From assembly GCF_009914755.1 (NCBI RefSeq), contig NC_060929.1: 64,000 nt of DNA; one strand, written 5' to 3'. Every line of letters begins with the position of its first letter. Within the stretch, counting starts at the first letter, position 1. A model generated the notes under the pieces. The model was not told the origin of the DNA and did no database searches. It saw only the letters and a list, made by a program, of their open reading frames with translations. Of the stretch, positions 40,105 to 64,000 are shown piece after piece. This DNA comes from the human T2T-CHM13v2.0 reference genome, Homo sapiens. A program made the position numbers and the translations under genes.

Positions 40105-41100
40105 TTTTTTTTTAATTATGGAAACAATCAAATGATTACCAAAGTAGGTAATCAAACGATTACCATATTGAATCCCCATGTATCCATTACCCAATTTTAG
40201 CAATTAGCAACTCATAGCTAATCTTGTTTAATCTAATACATACTCACCACCAAACAAGGTTATTTAAAAGGAGTTCACAGACAAAATATAATTTTATAAA
40301 TATTTGAGATGTATCTAGATAAAATCAGACTGCATTTTTATGATCATAGTGAACCTTTGTTATGCCTAAAAAAAACAGCAAGCACTTAATATCACATAGA
40401 GTTTCCAAATTTTCTCACTTGTATTATAAATTTTACTTTACCATTTATCTTTTATTTTAGGCCTAAATAACTTCTATACAATGTGATAGGTTGATATAAA
40501 TTCTGAGTCACTTTAAACTATAATTTCGCCCCTCCTTTTATTTCCTTGTAATTTTTTGCTAAAGTAACTGGGTCCTAAGTCCTGCAGAATTTCCCATAAC
40601 TTGGGCTTTGCTGATTACATTTCCATGGTTATATAATGTTTACCTAACTTTTTTATTTTCAGAAGAATTGGTGGTAGGATATAGAGGCTTGTTCTAATTC
40701 TGGTTTGTAGTTACTTTTGGCATGACAACAACACATGTGGCATGGTGTGTTTTAATCAGAAGACATATCTAGTTGACTCTCCTTCTGTGATATTAGCAAC
40801 TATTACAGACCATTGTCTACATCAGTGCCACTCAAATTGTGTTCTGTGGGCCCACCTTGGTACCACCTAGAAGCTTATAAGAAATGCAAATCAGTGGCTC
40901 CACCCCAGACAGGTAAATCACAATCTCTGGAGGTGGTGCCTAGAAGTCTTTAACAAATTTCCTGGGTAATTATTTTGCACATTAAATTTTGAGAATGGCT
41001 AACTTAGGTCAATTAATTTACCATGGGTTGGAAAATGGTTATGATAAAATATCATTTCTTTTCAAATTAATAGTTGTAACTCTATATACTATATATTATT
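40105..41100 (-). mobile_element. L1MC-type 3'UTR fragment
   Basis: ttttaattatggaaac...ccccatgtatccattaccca...gctgattacatttccatgg. Confidence 0.5.
40823..41000. mobile_element. MER5 (hAT-Charlie MITE)
   Basis: cagtgccactcaaattgtg...agaaatgcaaat...ccaccccagac...aaattttgagaa. Confidence 0.7.
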
Positions 41101-41141
41101 TCTTTTCAAATTAATAGTTGTAACTCTTTATACTATATATT
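41054..41141. repeat. 44-bp tandem duplication, one mismatch
   Basis: atttcttttcaaattaatagttgtaactct(a/t)tatactatatatt x2. Confidence 0.9.
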
Positions 41142-41187
41142 GTTTTTTATTATGGTCATATTTATTACTATAATTTATTATACTCAT

Positions 41188-41446
41188 TATTTTTAACTGA
41201 CACTATTTGTATATATGTGTGGGGTACAATGTGATAATTCAATACACATATGCAATGTGCAATGATCAAATCAGGGTGATTTGCATATTCATAATAAAAA
41301 AATTATCATTTATTTGTATTGAAAATATTCAAAATCTGCTATTTTAGCTATTTGAAAACATAGACATAATTGTCTTTTATTATAGCCTCTCTATGGTACT
41401 ATAGACTCCTAGAACTTTTTCCTCCCATGTAGCTTTACTTTTGTAT
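41188..41446 (-). mobile_element. L1MA 3' end fragment (resumes at 44559)
   Basis: ggggtacaatgtgat...aatgatcaaatcaggg...ttgtat | tcattaaccaacc. Confidence 0.7.
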
Positions 41447-41586
41447 TGTTGATGAAAAGAGCCAAACTCTGTAAAATATTTTAAGAGATTTATTCTGAGC
41501 CAAATATAAGTGACCATGGCCCCTGACACAGCCTTCAGGAGGTCCTGACAATATGTGCCCAAGGTGGTTGGGATACAGCTTGGTTT

Positions 41587-41587
<1 letters not shown>

Positions 41588-41632
<45 letters not shown>

Positions 41633-41802
41633 TATATATATATTTACATATATATATTTATATATACAATTTTACCAATATTTATTTTTCCTTATAGTAT
41701 AGAAAGCTATATATATTTATATGCCTTCATAAACTAATTTATATGTATATATTATTAATATAAAATTTTAAAAAATATATATTTTATATTATTTGTATAT
41801 AT
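41588..41802. repeat. (TA)n(TG)n microsatellite and AT-rich low-complexity expansion within the LTR
   Basis: tatatatatatatgtgtgtg... followed by about 170 bp of AT-rich sequence. Confidence 0.85.
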
Positions 41803-41859
41803 ATTTTAGGAAGGCATGAGACATCAATCAAATACATTTAAGAAATAGATTGGTTTGGC

Positions 41860-43972
<2,113 letters not shown>

Positions 43973-45089
43973 AAAGTATAATAAATTAAAAAAAATATAC
44001 ATTGATTTGGCTTAGAAAGGCAGGACAACTCAAAGTGGGGGCTTCCAGGCTATAGGTAAATTTAAACATTTTCTGGTTGACGATTGAGTTTGTCTAAAGA
44101 GCTGGGATCCCCAGAAGGGAATGTTCAGGTTAAAGGATTGTGGAGAGCAAGTTTTATTGTGTAGAGGAAGCTCTTAGATAGCGGACTTTAGAGAAAGCAG
44201 GATGTAAATTGTTTTTTATTGGATTTAAAAGGGTGTCTGGCCCTGAGTTGATTATCTCCTGGATCTGGGAAGGAAGGAAGGAAAACAAAGGGGGAAGGGG
44301 ATTCTCTATAGAATGTGAATTTTTCCCACAAGAGACTTTGCAGGGCAATTTCAAGGTATGACAAGGAAATATATTTTGGGGTAGAACACTTTGATTTTCT
44401 TCCTTGTTAAGCCAGAGTCAAATTGGAAAGTAAGTCACAATATACAGGGTCAAATAAAACCCATCTGATGAAAATTTAAGGTTTGTAGGGCATGACTCCC
44501 TAGACCACTTAGATAGGAATTTGGGCAAGAGAAAAAATCAGAGCTTAGTCTGCAGTATTCATTAACCAACCACTGGCTATTTCCCTGTAATTCTATATTA
44601 ATCTTTATGTTGTCACCTCGCTAATTATACTGGATTTCTAAAGCTTGTTCTACAATAGGCTCTCATGAAATGCCTATGGGACAAATACCTTATGTATTCT
44701 TGCACATTCATAATGATTTGTCTTAGCCTTTATACTTGAAGCTCAAACTGGCTGAAAATAAAATCTGAGGGGCACATTTTCTTTGAGTATTTTATAGACA
44801 TTACCCACTTTCCCCCATTTTACCACATAAAGGCTGAGATATACAGGCCGTTGAAAACATTTTATAATGAACTCTAATATACCTGCTACCTCAATTCTAT
44901 TATTACTATTGTCTACAGTTTTTTAAATCACAGTTATCAATATGTCCACCTGTCAAACCACCTTAATTTTGATGGACTTCTAATTGTAGACAGTGCATAC
45001 TTCCTCAATACCTCAGCATATGTATCACTTACTAGAGTTCATTTTTTAGTTTCTGTAAAATTTATGTACACTAAAATTAATAAAATTTA

Positions 45090-46110
<1,021 letters not shown>

Positions 46111-46129
46111 ACAAAAAATAAAATTAAAT

Positions 46130-47385
46130 TAAAATATACAGTTGTTTTTTGAAAACATGCATACGTCATTACTCAATTATCAAGATATAGAACATTGTCG
46201 TCACTCAAAAAGGTCCCTCATATCTATTTCCAGTTAATCTCCACTAATCCTCCCTAGATTGATTTTCACCATTCTAGAATATCATTTATATGAAATTATG
46301 TCTACATTTTCTTTTACCTAAGGCTTCTTTCAGTCACAATAGTGCTTTTAAGTTTCATTCTTGTTGTTTCATGCAGATATGTTTGTTTCAATTAATTGGA
46401 TAGTATTTCATTATATGAATACATCACAATTTGTTTTATCTATTCCTCTATTGATGGACACCTGGGTTGTTTGACTTTCTTGGTTATGACAAAGTTGCTA
46501 TGAATACCTGCATGTAAGTCTTTTTGTTGACACATTTTTTTTTTCATGGGAAAATGTCTAGGAGTAGAATTGTGGGGTCTTAGTGTAGGTAAATGTTAGT
46601 TGTGTAAGAACCAGAACCTTTCCTAAACCGGTTGTACAGCTTTATACTCCTACTTGATCCATAACCTTGTTAGTTCACATTTCATTTTTGCCTTTTTAAA
46701 AATAAATATTTTTGTCCTGGTATTATCATTTTTAGATCTTTGTATACCCATGAGACTAGTCCTTGGTTAGATATATGTTTTGTAAATTTTTTTGAATCTG
46801 TGGTGTACCTATTCATTTTCTTAATGGTGACCTTTAATGGGAAGTATATTAGATTTTAAAAATGTCCATTGTATTAATTTTTACTTTTATATTTATTTCT
46901 ATATTGTATAGGAAACACTAGCTTATTCCCTTGTAATGAAAATATTTTTCTGCTTATTTTATTTTAAAAGTTCTATGATACTTGACTTTTACATTTAGGT
47001 TATGAGTCATCTCCCAATCAATTTTATGTATGCTGTGATATAGGGTCACATTTAACTATTTTGCCATATGGATATCGACTTGGATCAGAACAATTTATTG
47101 AAAACATATGTCTTTCCCAAACACATTTCTTCCTCAAACAATTGTTTAAGTCTTAGTTGGTTTCTAGGCTGTTTGTTTTGTTCCATTGGTTCGGTTGTCA
47201 ATAATTATTTTAGTACCCACCCCCATCTTAGAAACTGTTATAGAAAGTACTCTATGTCCTTCGTGTTGTCTTTTTTCAAGGGTGCTTTGGACTGTCTAGG
47301 TCTTTTGCTTATCATATAAATTTTAGAATTATGTTGTTAATTTCTATAAAATTTCTGCTGGGAGTATGATTGAAATTGCATTCAT
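46130..47385 (-). mobile_element. Ancient L1M (L1ME/MC) 3'UTR-ORF2 fragment
   Basis: ctattgatggacacctgggttgttt, ggagtagaattgtgggg, catataaattttagaat. Confidence 0.65.
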
Positions 47386-47388
47386 CTG

Positions 47389-47530
47389 AGTCTTTCTCAG
47401 TTGAGGTAATTTTGCTTCTCAGGGGACATTTGACAATATTTGGGCACAGCTTTTGTTTTTACAGCTGAAGAAAATAGTAAGTGAGACTAGGGATACTGCT
47501 AATTATCTTACAATGAATAAATATTCCACC
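47389..47530 (+). mobile_element. MER20 fragment
   Basis: gaggtaattttgcttctcaggggacatttgacaat...agggatactgctaattatcttacaatg. Confidence 0.65.
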
Positions 47531-47749
47531 TCTGGCAATAAAGTATTGTCTAACCCAATCTTATTGTCAGATTTCTCTTTTTCTTCTATGAAAATTCATC
47601 TGCTTAAACCTGTCTTCAGAAGAACCTATATGGACAAATAATGTGTCCTAGGAAATCAGACGTTTTAGGTAGGCTTTCAAATATGGATTTAATCCATAAT
47701 TTTATAATGGTACTATTTACTTTATTAGGATGACTGGCAAACACGTATT

Positions 47750-49410
47750 TCTTAAAAAGCTGGATATATAAAAGAAACAAGCATTTCTCTTGCCTTTCCT
47801 ATTTGGCCTACATCATTAATAACAATGTTAATGAGAGGAAATGTCTCATTAAAGTTATTCTCAAAAATAGTTTTAAAACATAATAGAATTAAAATATCAC
47901 CATTTTGCAATTGTTAATAAATTAATATATCTAGGTATTAAGCAGCAATGGGTGTAAACATCACAAAGAACAAAAACTAGACATTATATACCTCCTGATG
48001 AAAGAGTACAATGCCACACATAATCATTCCGAAGAGGTCGAATGTAAGTATAATCAACCCTTTGGGTCTGCCTCCCAATTGATAGAAAATCCAGAGGACA
48101 ATAGAGTGTATTGTCTACACCAGGAGTGTACAATCAATAACATCCAGATGATAAAAAAAAAAACCTCTATAGATCAAATGTTCTGAATTCTTCAAGAGAT
48201 TAATTGTATGGAAAAAGTTAAATGGTAGGAAACCTGTAGATTAAAAGGAATTTAAAAGACATATCAGGTTAAAAATGGACAAGACTAAATTAAAGAATCT
48301 AGAGATATATACTTAGGTAGTGAAATAATGAGGAAAACCAAGAGTTATTACTGTAAAATGCAGGATAGTAGATACCTTTAGGGGAAGAAGAGAGTTGTGA
48401 ATGAGGCAGAGTAATAAACAAGGCTTCTGGGATAACTAGAAATGTCCACTTCATGACCAGGGTGGCAGTTACAATTAAATTCAGGAAACCATTTATTTGT
48501 TTTAGGTGGTTTTCTGTTAGTTTTATTTTATACTAAAAATGTTACAAAACATCAAAGACAAAGTACTATCAGGGAAATAATATTTGTAACTTCTTAGGCA
48601 AAGATCTATCTCTGTATTGTATAAAGAGCTCTTATAAATTGAGAATTTTAAAAACACAAGCTCTAATGCAATAATGAGCAAGGAACTTGATTAGCCAGGT
48701 CACAGAATAACATGCAAATGCACTTAGACACAGTTTTTAAAGGCTCAACTTCAATTACAATGAGATAAATTATATTAATTGCTATTTCCAGTTATTACTG
48801 GATTAGTAAAATTCGAGAAGTTTGAAAGCCCACTCTGGTGAGATTTTGAGGAAATAGGCACTTTCATACATTGCTAGTAGAAACAGAAAATGGCACAACT
48901 ACTATGGCAGGCAGTCAGCGGTATCTACCAGAATCACACATGCATTGCTCTTTAAACTAGTAGTCACTTCTAGGAATGCAGACATACACAAATACTATTT
49001 CTGAAGCTATGTATTACAACATTGTTTGTGATAGCAAAAGGCACACTCTAAACATCCCTCTGAGGGGATTTATTAAATAAACCATAGTATATACACAAAA
49101 TGTAATACTATTTAGCTGTAAAAAAAGAATGAGAGCCCTTCACATACATACTGAAATGGAAATACTTCCAGGATACTAGATGCAAAAAAGTAAGAATTTA
49201 ACTTAGATCTAACATATAGGTACAAAAAGCAGATTAAGAGAACTATTTATATTTGTCTTCTAATAAACCTGAGAAATATAAAACAAACTTTAAAAAGAGG
49301 TATTCATAGATAGCAGAATGAGAAAAATGGCAGAAATACTTACAATAGAAAATACTTTTTCTATCATTTTGATTTTGAAACATGGGAATACATTTAATAA
49401 ATAAAATGCA
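47750..49410 (+). mobile_element. Ancient L1MC and L1ME 3' fragments
   Basis: L1MC-like 3'UTR to ~48545, then late ORF2/3'UTR (ggaaataggcactttcatacattgctag, aatactatttagctgtaaaaaaagaatgag). Confidence 0.55.
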
Positions 49411-49479
49411 ATTTAGTAAAATAAGCATTCCTCTAGATTCCATACCTTTTATAGATATTTTATAGATATTACCTCATTT

Positions 49480-50685
49480 CTGTTTACCTTACAACAAAAT
49501 TCATTATGTGTACTTCTGCACCACTATTTCTTGAAACCTCTTCAATGGGACTTTCATCCCTACCATTATACCAAAACAGCTCTGATGAGGATTATCAGTA
49601 ACATTTATTATATGTCTAAGCCCAATGATCAGTTCCTAGTCTTTATCTTACTTGATCAACGGCAGTTTTTTTACACAATGGATCCCTTGTCCTCCTGGAA
49701 GCATATTTTTATTTTCTTCCAGGAAAATCCCAGTGACTTGGGATTAGTCCTTGGGTCTCTTAGCTTCTCTAATCTTATTCCCTTAATGATCTCTTCCTGC
49801 AATCTTGGCTTTAAATACCATCTACATACCAATAACTTTCAAATGTGTATCTTAGGTCTGGACTTATGGCTATACTCCACATTTCTAGATTCTTCTATCT
49901 ACTCACTGTCTTCACTTAGATATTGAATGTGAAACTCGATTTTAATAATTTAAAAACACAACTTCTTACCTTTCTCACCCTTGCATCAAGCCTGCTCCTC
50001 TTACAGTTATCTATCTTATTAAATGATGACTCCATCTTTCTCATTGTTCAGGCCCCAAACTTTAGTGTTATCCTTAATTTCCCTCTTTCATTCATACCCC
50101 AAATCCAATTCCTGAGAAAACCCTATAGTGTCTACTTTAAAATACATCCAAGACAGTAAACTTGCAATCAGTTCCCCTTGCTCTTTTCTGTTCTTAAAAC
50201 AATAGTCAAAGGGATTCTTTTAGATACAAATTAAATCATGTTACTCTGCCCAAAACTCTCCAATGGCTCTATATTGTTACCTGCCCTGCAAGGCCCTACA
50301 TGATCTGAACCCCTTGCTCTCTGACTTCTCCTCTAAGTACACTCACCATGAGCATTGCTCAGTGTCTTCAGCTACGCCAACCTCTCCTCTCCCAAAGTCA
50401 TCCTGGTGACTTGTTCCTACACCTTTTTATGTTTTATGTTGAGATCTCAACTTAGTTACCATTGTGTTTCAAATGGCAATTATAAGCATTCCTTCCTGAT
50501 GCTTTGTTTTTTCATAGTATTTATCATCTATCTAACATTTTATATATGTTATTTACTTATTTGCTTCTATCTCCATACAGAAAGGGATTTTTTAGTCTGT
50601 TTTGTTCACTGCTGTATTCCCAGTGCCCACAACAATGCCTGAAACATAGAAGAGACTCAAAGAATAAAAGTGGTGACTAAATGAT
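49480..50685 (+). mobile_element. L2 (L2a) LINE 3' portion
   Basis: ggctttaaataccatcta..., caaggccctacatgatctg, tgttcactgctgtattcccagtgcc...aatgcctgaaacatag 3' end. Confidence 0.8.
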
Positions 50686-51492
50686 GTACAACTTAAGCCT
50701 TTATAATTTTTGGTGCTTTTTCTTGTGTTGCTTAGTTTACATGAAGCAGAAATGAACCATTCTGACATTACATTTCTGCTGATCAGGAAATAGGCCCTTT
50801 TATACCTCCTCTACAATGGCAGAAGAAGGAAATATATTTGAAAATAAGACATACTACCATCCACGGAAAGCTCTTTGAATAGTAGATATAGTCTTCAAGA
50901 GCTCTCAATCAGAGGTCTTCCATACTCTCCGCAAAAGCCAAAGAGTTTCATTACATTTCTTCGACCTGAGCTGAAGCAGACTGTTAGTGTAAAATGTTCA
51001 TGGGGATTTAGAAAAATTTTGTAGTATGTATTGTAGTGTGCATTTATGGTTCCGTGGCAGAGTGCAAGGAGCAATAAGATTGAGAAAAATTTATTACAAC
51101 AATCTATTTTAATCTTTATTTTCACATGTCGAAATGCTTTAATGCTGTCTTAAATTAAAATTATGACTAAAAGTAAATCAAAGGCTTTGGAAAAATAATT
51201 GTTACAACTAAATCTCCCATTTACTTGGAATGATAATATATTGGACAAATATTTCTGGTCTAGGTACTACAGTAATTTTATACTTTGACTTGCCTCACTC
51301 TGCTCCAAACATAACAATAATGCATTAAATATATTTGGGGAAAAAATAAATTGCAGGGCTCTCAAACAAAATGAACAGAAGTGGATTAAAAACAGAAACT
51401 AAGAGAAGAACCAGAGCCATGGGCTGCTCTAGGCCTGAGTTTATCTCTTGTGTGAAAATAACAGAGACAAAAAATATTCCCACGCAATAAAG

Positions 51493-52018
51493 CTGCGGTC
51501 CCCGACCTTTTTGGCACCAGAGACCAGTTTAATGGAAGACAATTTCTCTATGGAGCAGGGGTGGGGTGGTTGGTTTCAGAATGATTCAAGTGCGTTACAT
51601 TTATTGGGCATTTTATTTCTATTATTACGTTGTAATATATGATGAAATCATTATTACAACTCATCATAATAAAGAATCACAGAGAACACTGATCTTGTTT
51701 TCCTGCAACTAGACGATCCCATATGGGGGTGATGGGAGACACTGACAAATCGTGAGGCATTAGATTTTCCTTAGGAGTTTGCAACCTAGCTCCCTCACAT
51801 GCACAGTTCACAACAGGGGTTGTGCTCCTTTGAGAATCTAATGCCACTGCTGATCTGAGGAGGGGCAGAGCTCAGGCAGTAATGCGAGTGATGGGGAGTC
51901 ACTGTAAATACAGATGAAACTTTGCTCATTCACCTGCTGCTCACCTCCTGCTGTGCAGCCCAGTTCCTAACAGGGCACAGACTGGTACTGGTCCATGGCC
52001 CAGGGTTCAGGACCCTTG
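51493..52018 (+). mobile_element. MER1A (hAT-Charlie) complete
   Basis: ctgcggtccccgacctttttggcaccag...gggttcaggacccttg; perfect 8-bp TSD caataaag at 51485-51492 and 52019-52026. Confidence 0.9.
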
Positions 52019-52829
52019 CAATAAAGTACACACAAAATTCATCTTATAAAATAATCTGCAAAAAAGACTTCAAAATGTGCATTAGAGTATATTTAGGATG
52101 CTCAAAATATATGTAAATAATTTATTAATATAGTAAAAGAAATCATGAACTTTAAACAGGAAAAGGTAAGCGTAAAAAAAAAAAAAGCAATCAGAAATCT
52201 CTGCTATGCTGAGATTATAACTTAATTACTCCCTTACGCTCTGTGGACCAGATTCAGAATACATGTGACCAAGGCTAAAGGCCTAGGTTCCATGGTTCAT
52301 ACAGTGAAGCGAGCAGTGGAGACAGGAGACAGTAGGCTCAGCTTCTTCATGTTAGTGACCTGGAGGAAGGTTCACAGCTTGAAGCCAGAGCTTGGGATAA
52401 GTCACCTCCAATCCTAAAAGGAACATCCCAAACCACCTCAATAAAGGTTAAGCTTTGACTGGGAAGACTTTACCAGAGCTATAGGCCTAGGGAAACAGAG
52501 AACAAAGATGTAGTCTTACTCCCAGTAACTATGCTAACCTGTCCCCATGCATATATATGACATAGCCCTCACACCACAGAGGAGGCTGCAATTCGAATCT
52601 GCAACAGTAAAGCCTAAGAGGTCTGGTGACCTCTTGCAACATGGAAGCCTAGTGGGACTCTGAGTCACTGCGTGGAAGTGAGGCCCCCAACCTGCATTAG
52701 ACTATGCATGAGACAATATCAAAAACAAATGCTTGGTTTGTTGTGACATTGAGATTTTAGAATTCGTGTTTCTGTTGTGGGAGACAGTGTTAATAACCTA
52801 ATTAATGTAACTATTTTTAATTTGCCTAG

Positions 52830-53520
52830 TAAAATAAAAGTAACAAGATACAATGTACAATGGGTAGTTAAAATACGTGAAAGGTCTTTTTTGTTTATAA
52901 AAAGAGAGAAACTTGCATAGCTTTAGAATTTTATAAAATTATTAAATCTTCTATCAATGCTACAAAAGGCAGATGGGAGGAAAAAATATGCACACAAAGA
53001 TGACAACAAAGTGATAGAAATAAGTCTAAATAAATAAAAAATTATAATGAATGCAATCAAGTTGAACTCCTGATTAAAGGATAAATATTATCAGGTTGAA
53101 TAAAAACAGTAAAACATAGTGATAACCTGCATATAAGAAACATTCCTAAAACACTCCTAAAATGAACTTGAAATAAAAATGAGCTTCATAGTAATATTAA
53201 AAATGGAAATAGCTTACAAGGCAAAACTCATTAACAAGAATAAAGAGAAATGCTACATTGTAATAAAAAAGATAATTCACCAAGAACATATCAAACCTAT
53301 GAACTGGATGTTCACACCATTGTGCATTAAAGTATGTAAAGTAATACTGACAAGCACAAAAAGAAATTGACAAGTCTACAATTATACTGGAACATGTGAA
53401 ACACCTCTGTGAGAATGAGATAGATGAAGCAGACAAAAAATTAGTAAGGCTATGAGAATCTTAACAACAAAATAGACACATCTAACATGTTTGCCAATCT
53501 ACATATTTACCTCTACATTT
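52830..53520 (+). mobile_element. Ancient L1M ORF2 5' (endonuclease) fragment
   Basis: gaaataagtctaaat...aagaaattgacaagtctacaattatactgg...agcagacaaaaaattagtaagg. Confidence 0.55.
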
Positions 53521-53929
53521 GAGAAATAAAGTACTACTACAAGATATTCTTTTAATAATACAAGATTTAATTTTTAAAGGAAGTCCATTTTATTCCCTTT
53601 TTCTTCTTACTGAGATGAATTTAAATTTTGAATGTCCTCTGAGCAGCAAGAAATGAAAGCTACCATACAATCATCTTTGCACCTGCATTTTTGGTTTGTT
53701 AGTAGTAGTGATAAAATAATATAATATTTGCCTTGTTTTCATTGTCCTCAGTGGGTTTTAAAATTTTGACATTAAAAGTTCAATGTTATAAACATTGAGT
53801 AACATAAATGTGCTTTGTTTGCAAAGTTTTAAGTGAGCATTATTTAAAAGTTAAAAGAATGCTTACTACCATATTATGCAAGACAGACATATTATGGAAT
53901 CATTTATTTGCAGACAGTGTTCTATAGCT

Positions 53930-54092
53930 TTTTTTATTGTGGTAAGAACAACTAACATGAGATTGCCCTCTTAAATTTTTAAGTATGTAATACATTACTG
54001 TTGACTGTAGGTACAGATCTTCTAATGCTTACTCACCTTGCATGACTGAAATTTTATGCCCATTGATTAACTCTCCATTTTTCCCTCTCTTC
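53930..54092 (-). mobile_element. L1MA 3' end fragment
   Basis: ttttattgtggtaagaacaactaacatgagat...tgcatgactgaaatttta. Confidence 0.65.
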
Positions 54093-54094
54093 AT

Positions 54095-64000
<9,906 letters not shown>

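Noticed and set aside
52200-52810. GC-richer stretch as a promoter or exon
   Set aside because: The end (gagattttagaattcgtgtt...taataacctaattaatgta) resembles an old MaLR/ERVL LTR terminus; I could not assign a family or support a function.

Overview
Primate, almost certainly human, genomic DNA (it holds an AluYa5 with all five diagnostic bases). It is AT-rich and, by eye, roughly 80% LINE-1. No host protein-coding gene, RNA gene or CRISPR array is supported: every long ORF in the track is L1 ORF1/ORF2 or an antisense frame of L1/Alu. The window is a deeply nested retrotransposon cluster. An old minus-strand L1M (2933-29340) contains a full-length L1MA-type element (7219-28890). That element in turn hosts a full-length L1PA2 (with an AluYa5 inside and a 3' transduction), a twin-primed L1PA13-like copy, an MLT2 LTR containing a full-length L1PA8-like element, and MER47A. 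Further right are a full-length minus-strand L1PA2/3 with an intact ORF1, a four-level L1MA>MER4A>L1PA7>L1PA4 nest, L2/MIR/MER relics, and an L1M1-type element hosting a full-length L1PA6. The most notable signal is that the two young, inverted full-length L1s share at least 11 non-CpG variants, most checked as absent from the older L1PA6 copy in the window, while each keeps its own TSD. This points to gene conversion or recurrent inversion, or to a common source element. I do not see evidence for a wholly new biological system. Subfamily names come from recalled consensus motifs and need RepeatMasker/Dfam confirmation; boundaries of old repeats are approximate.
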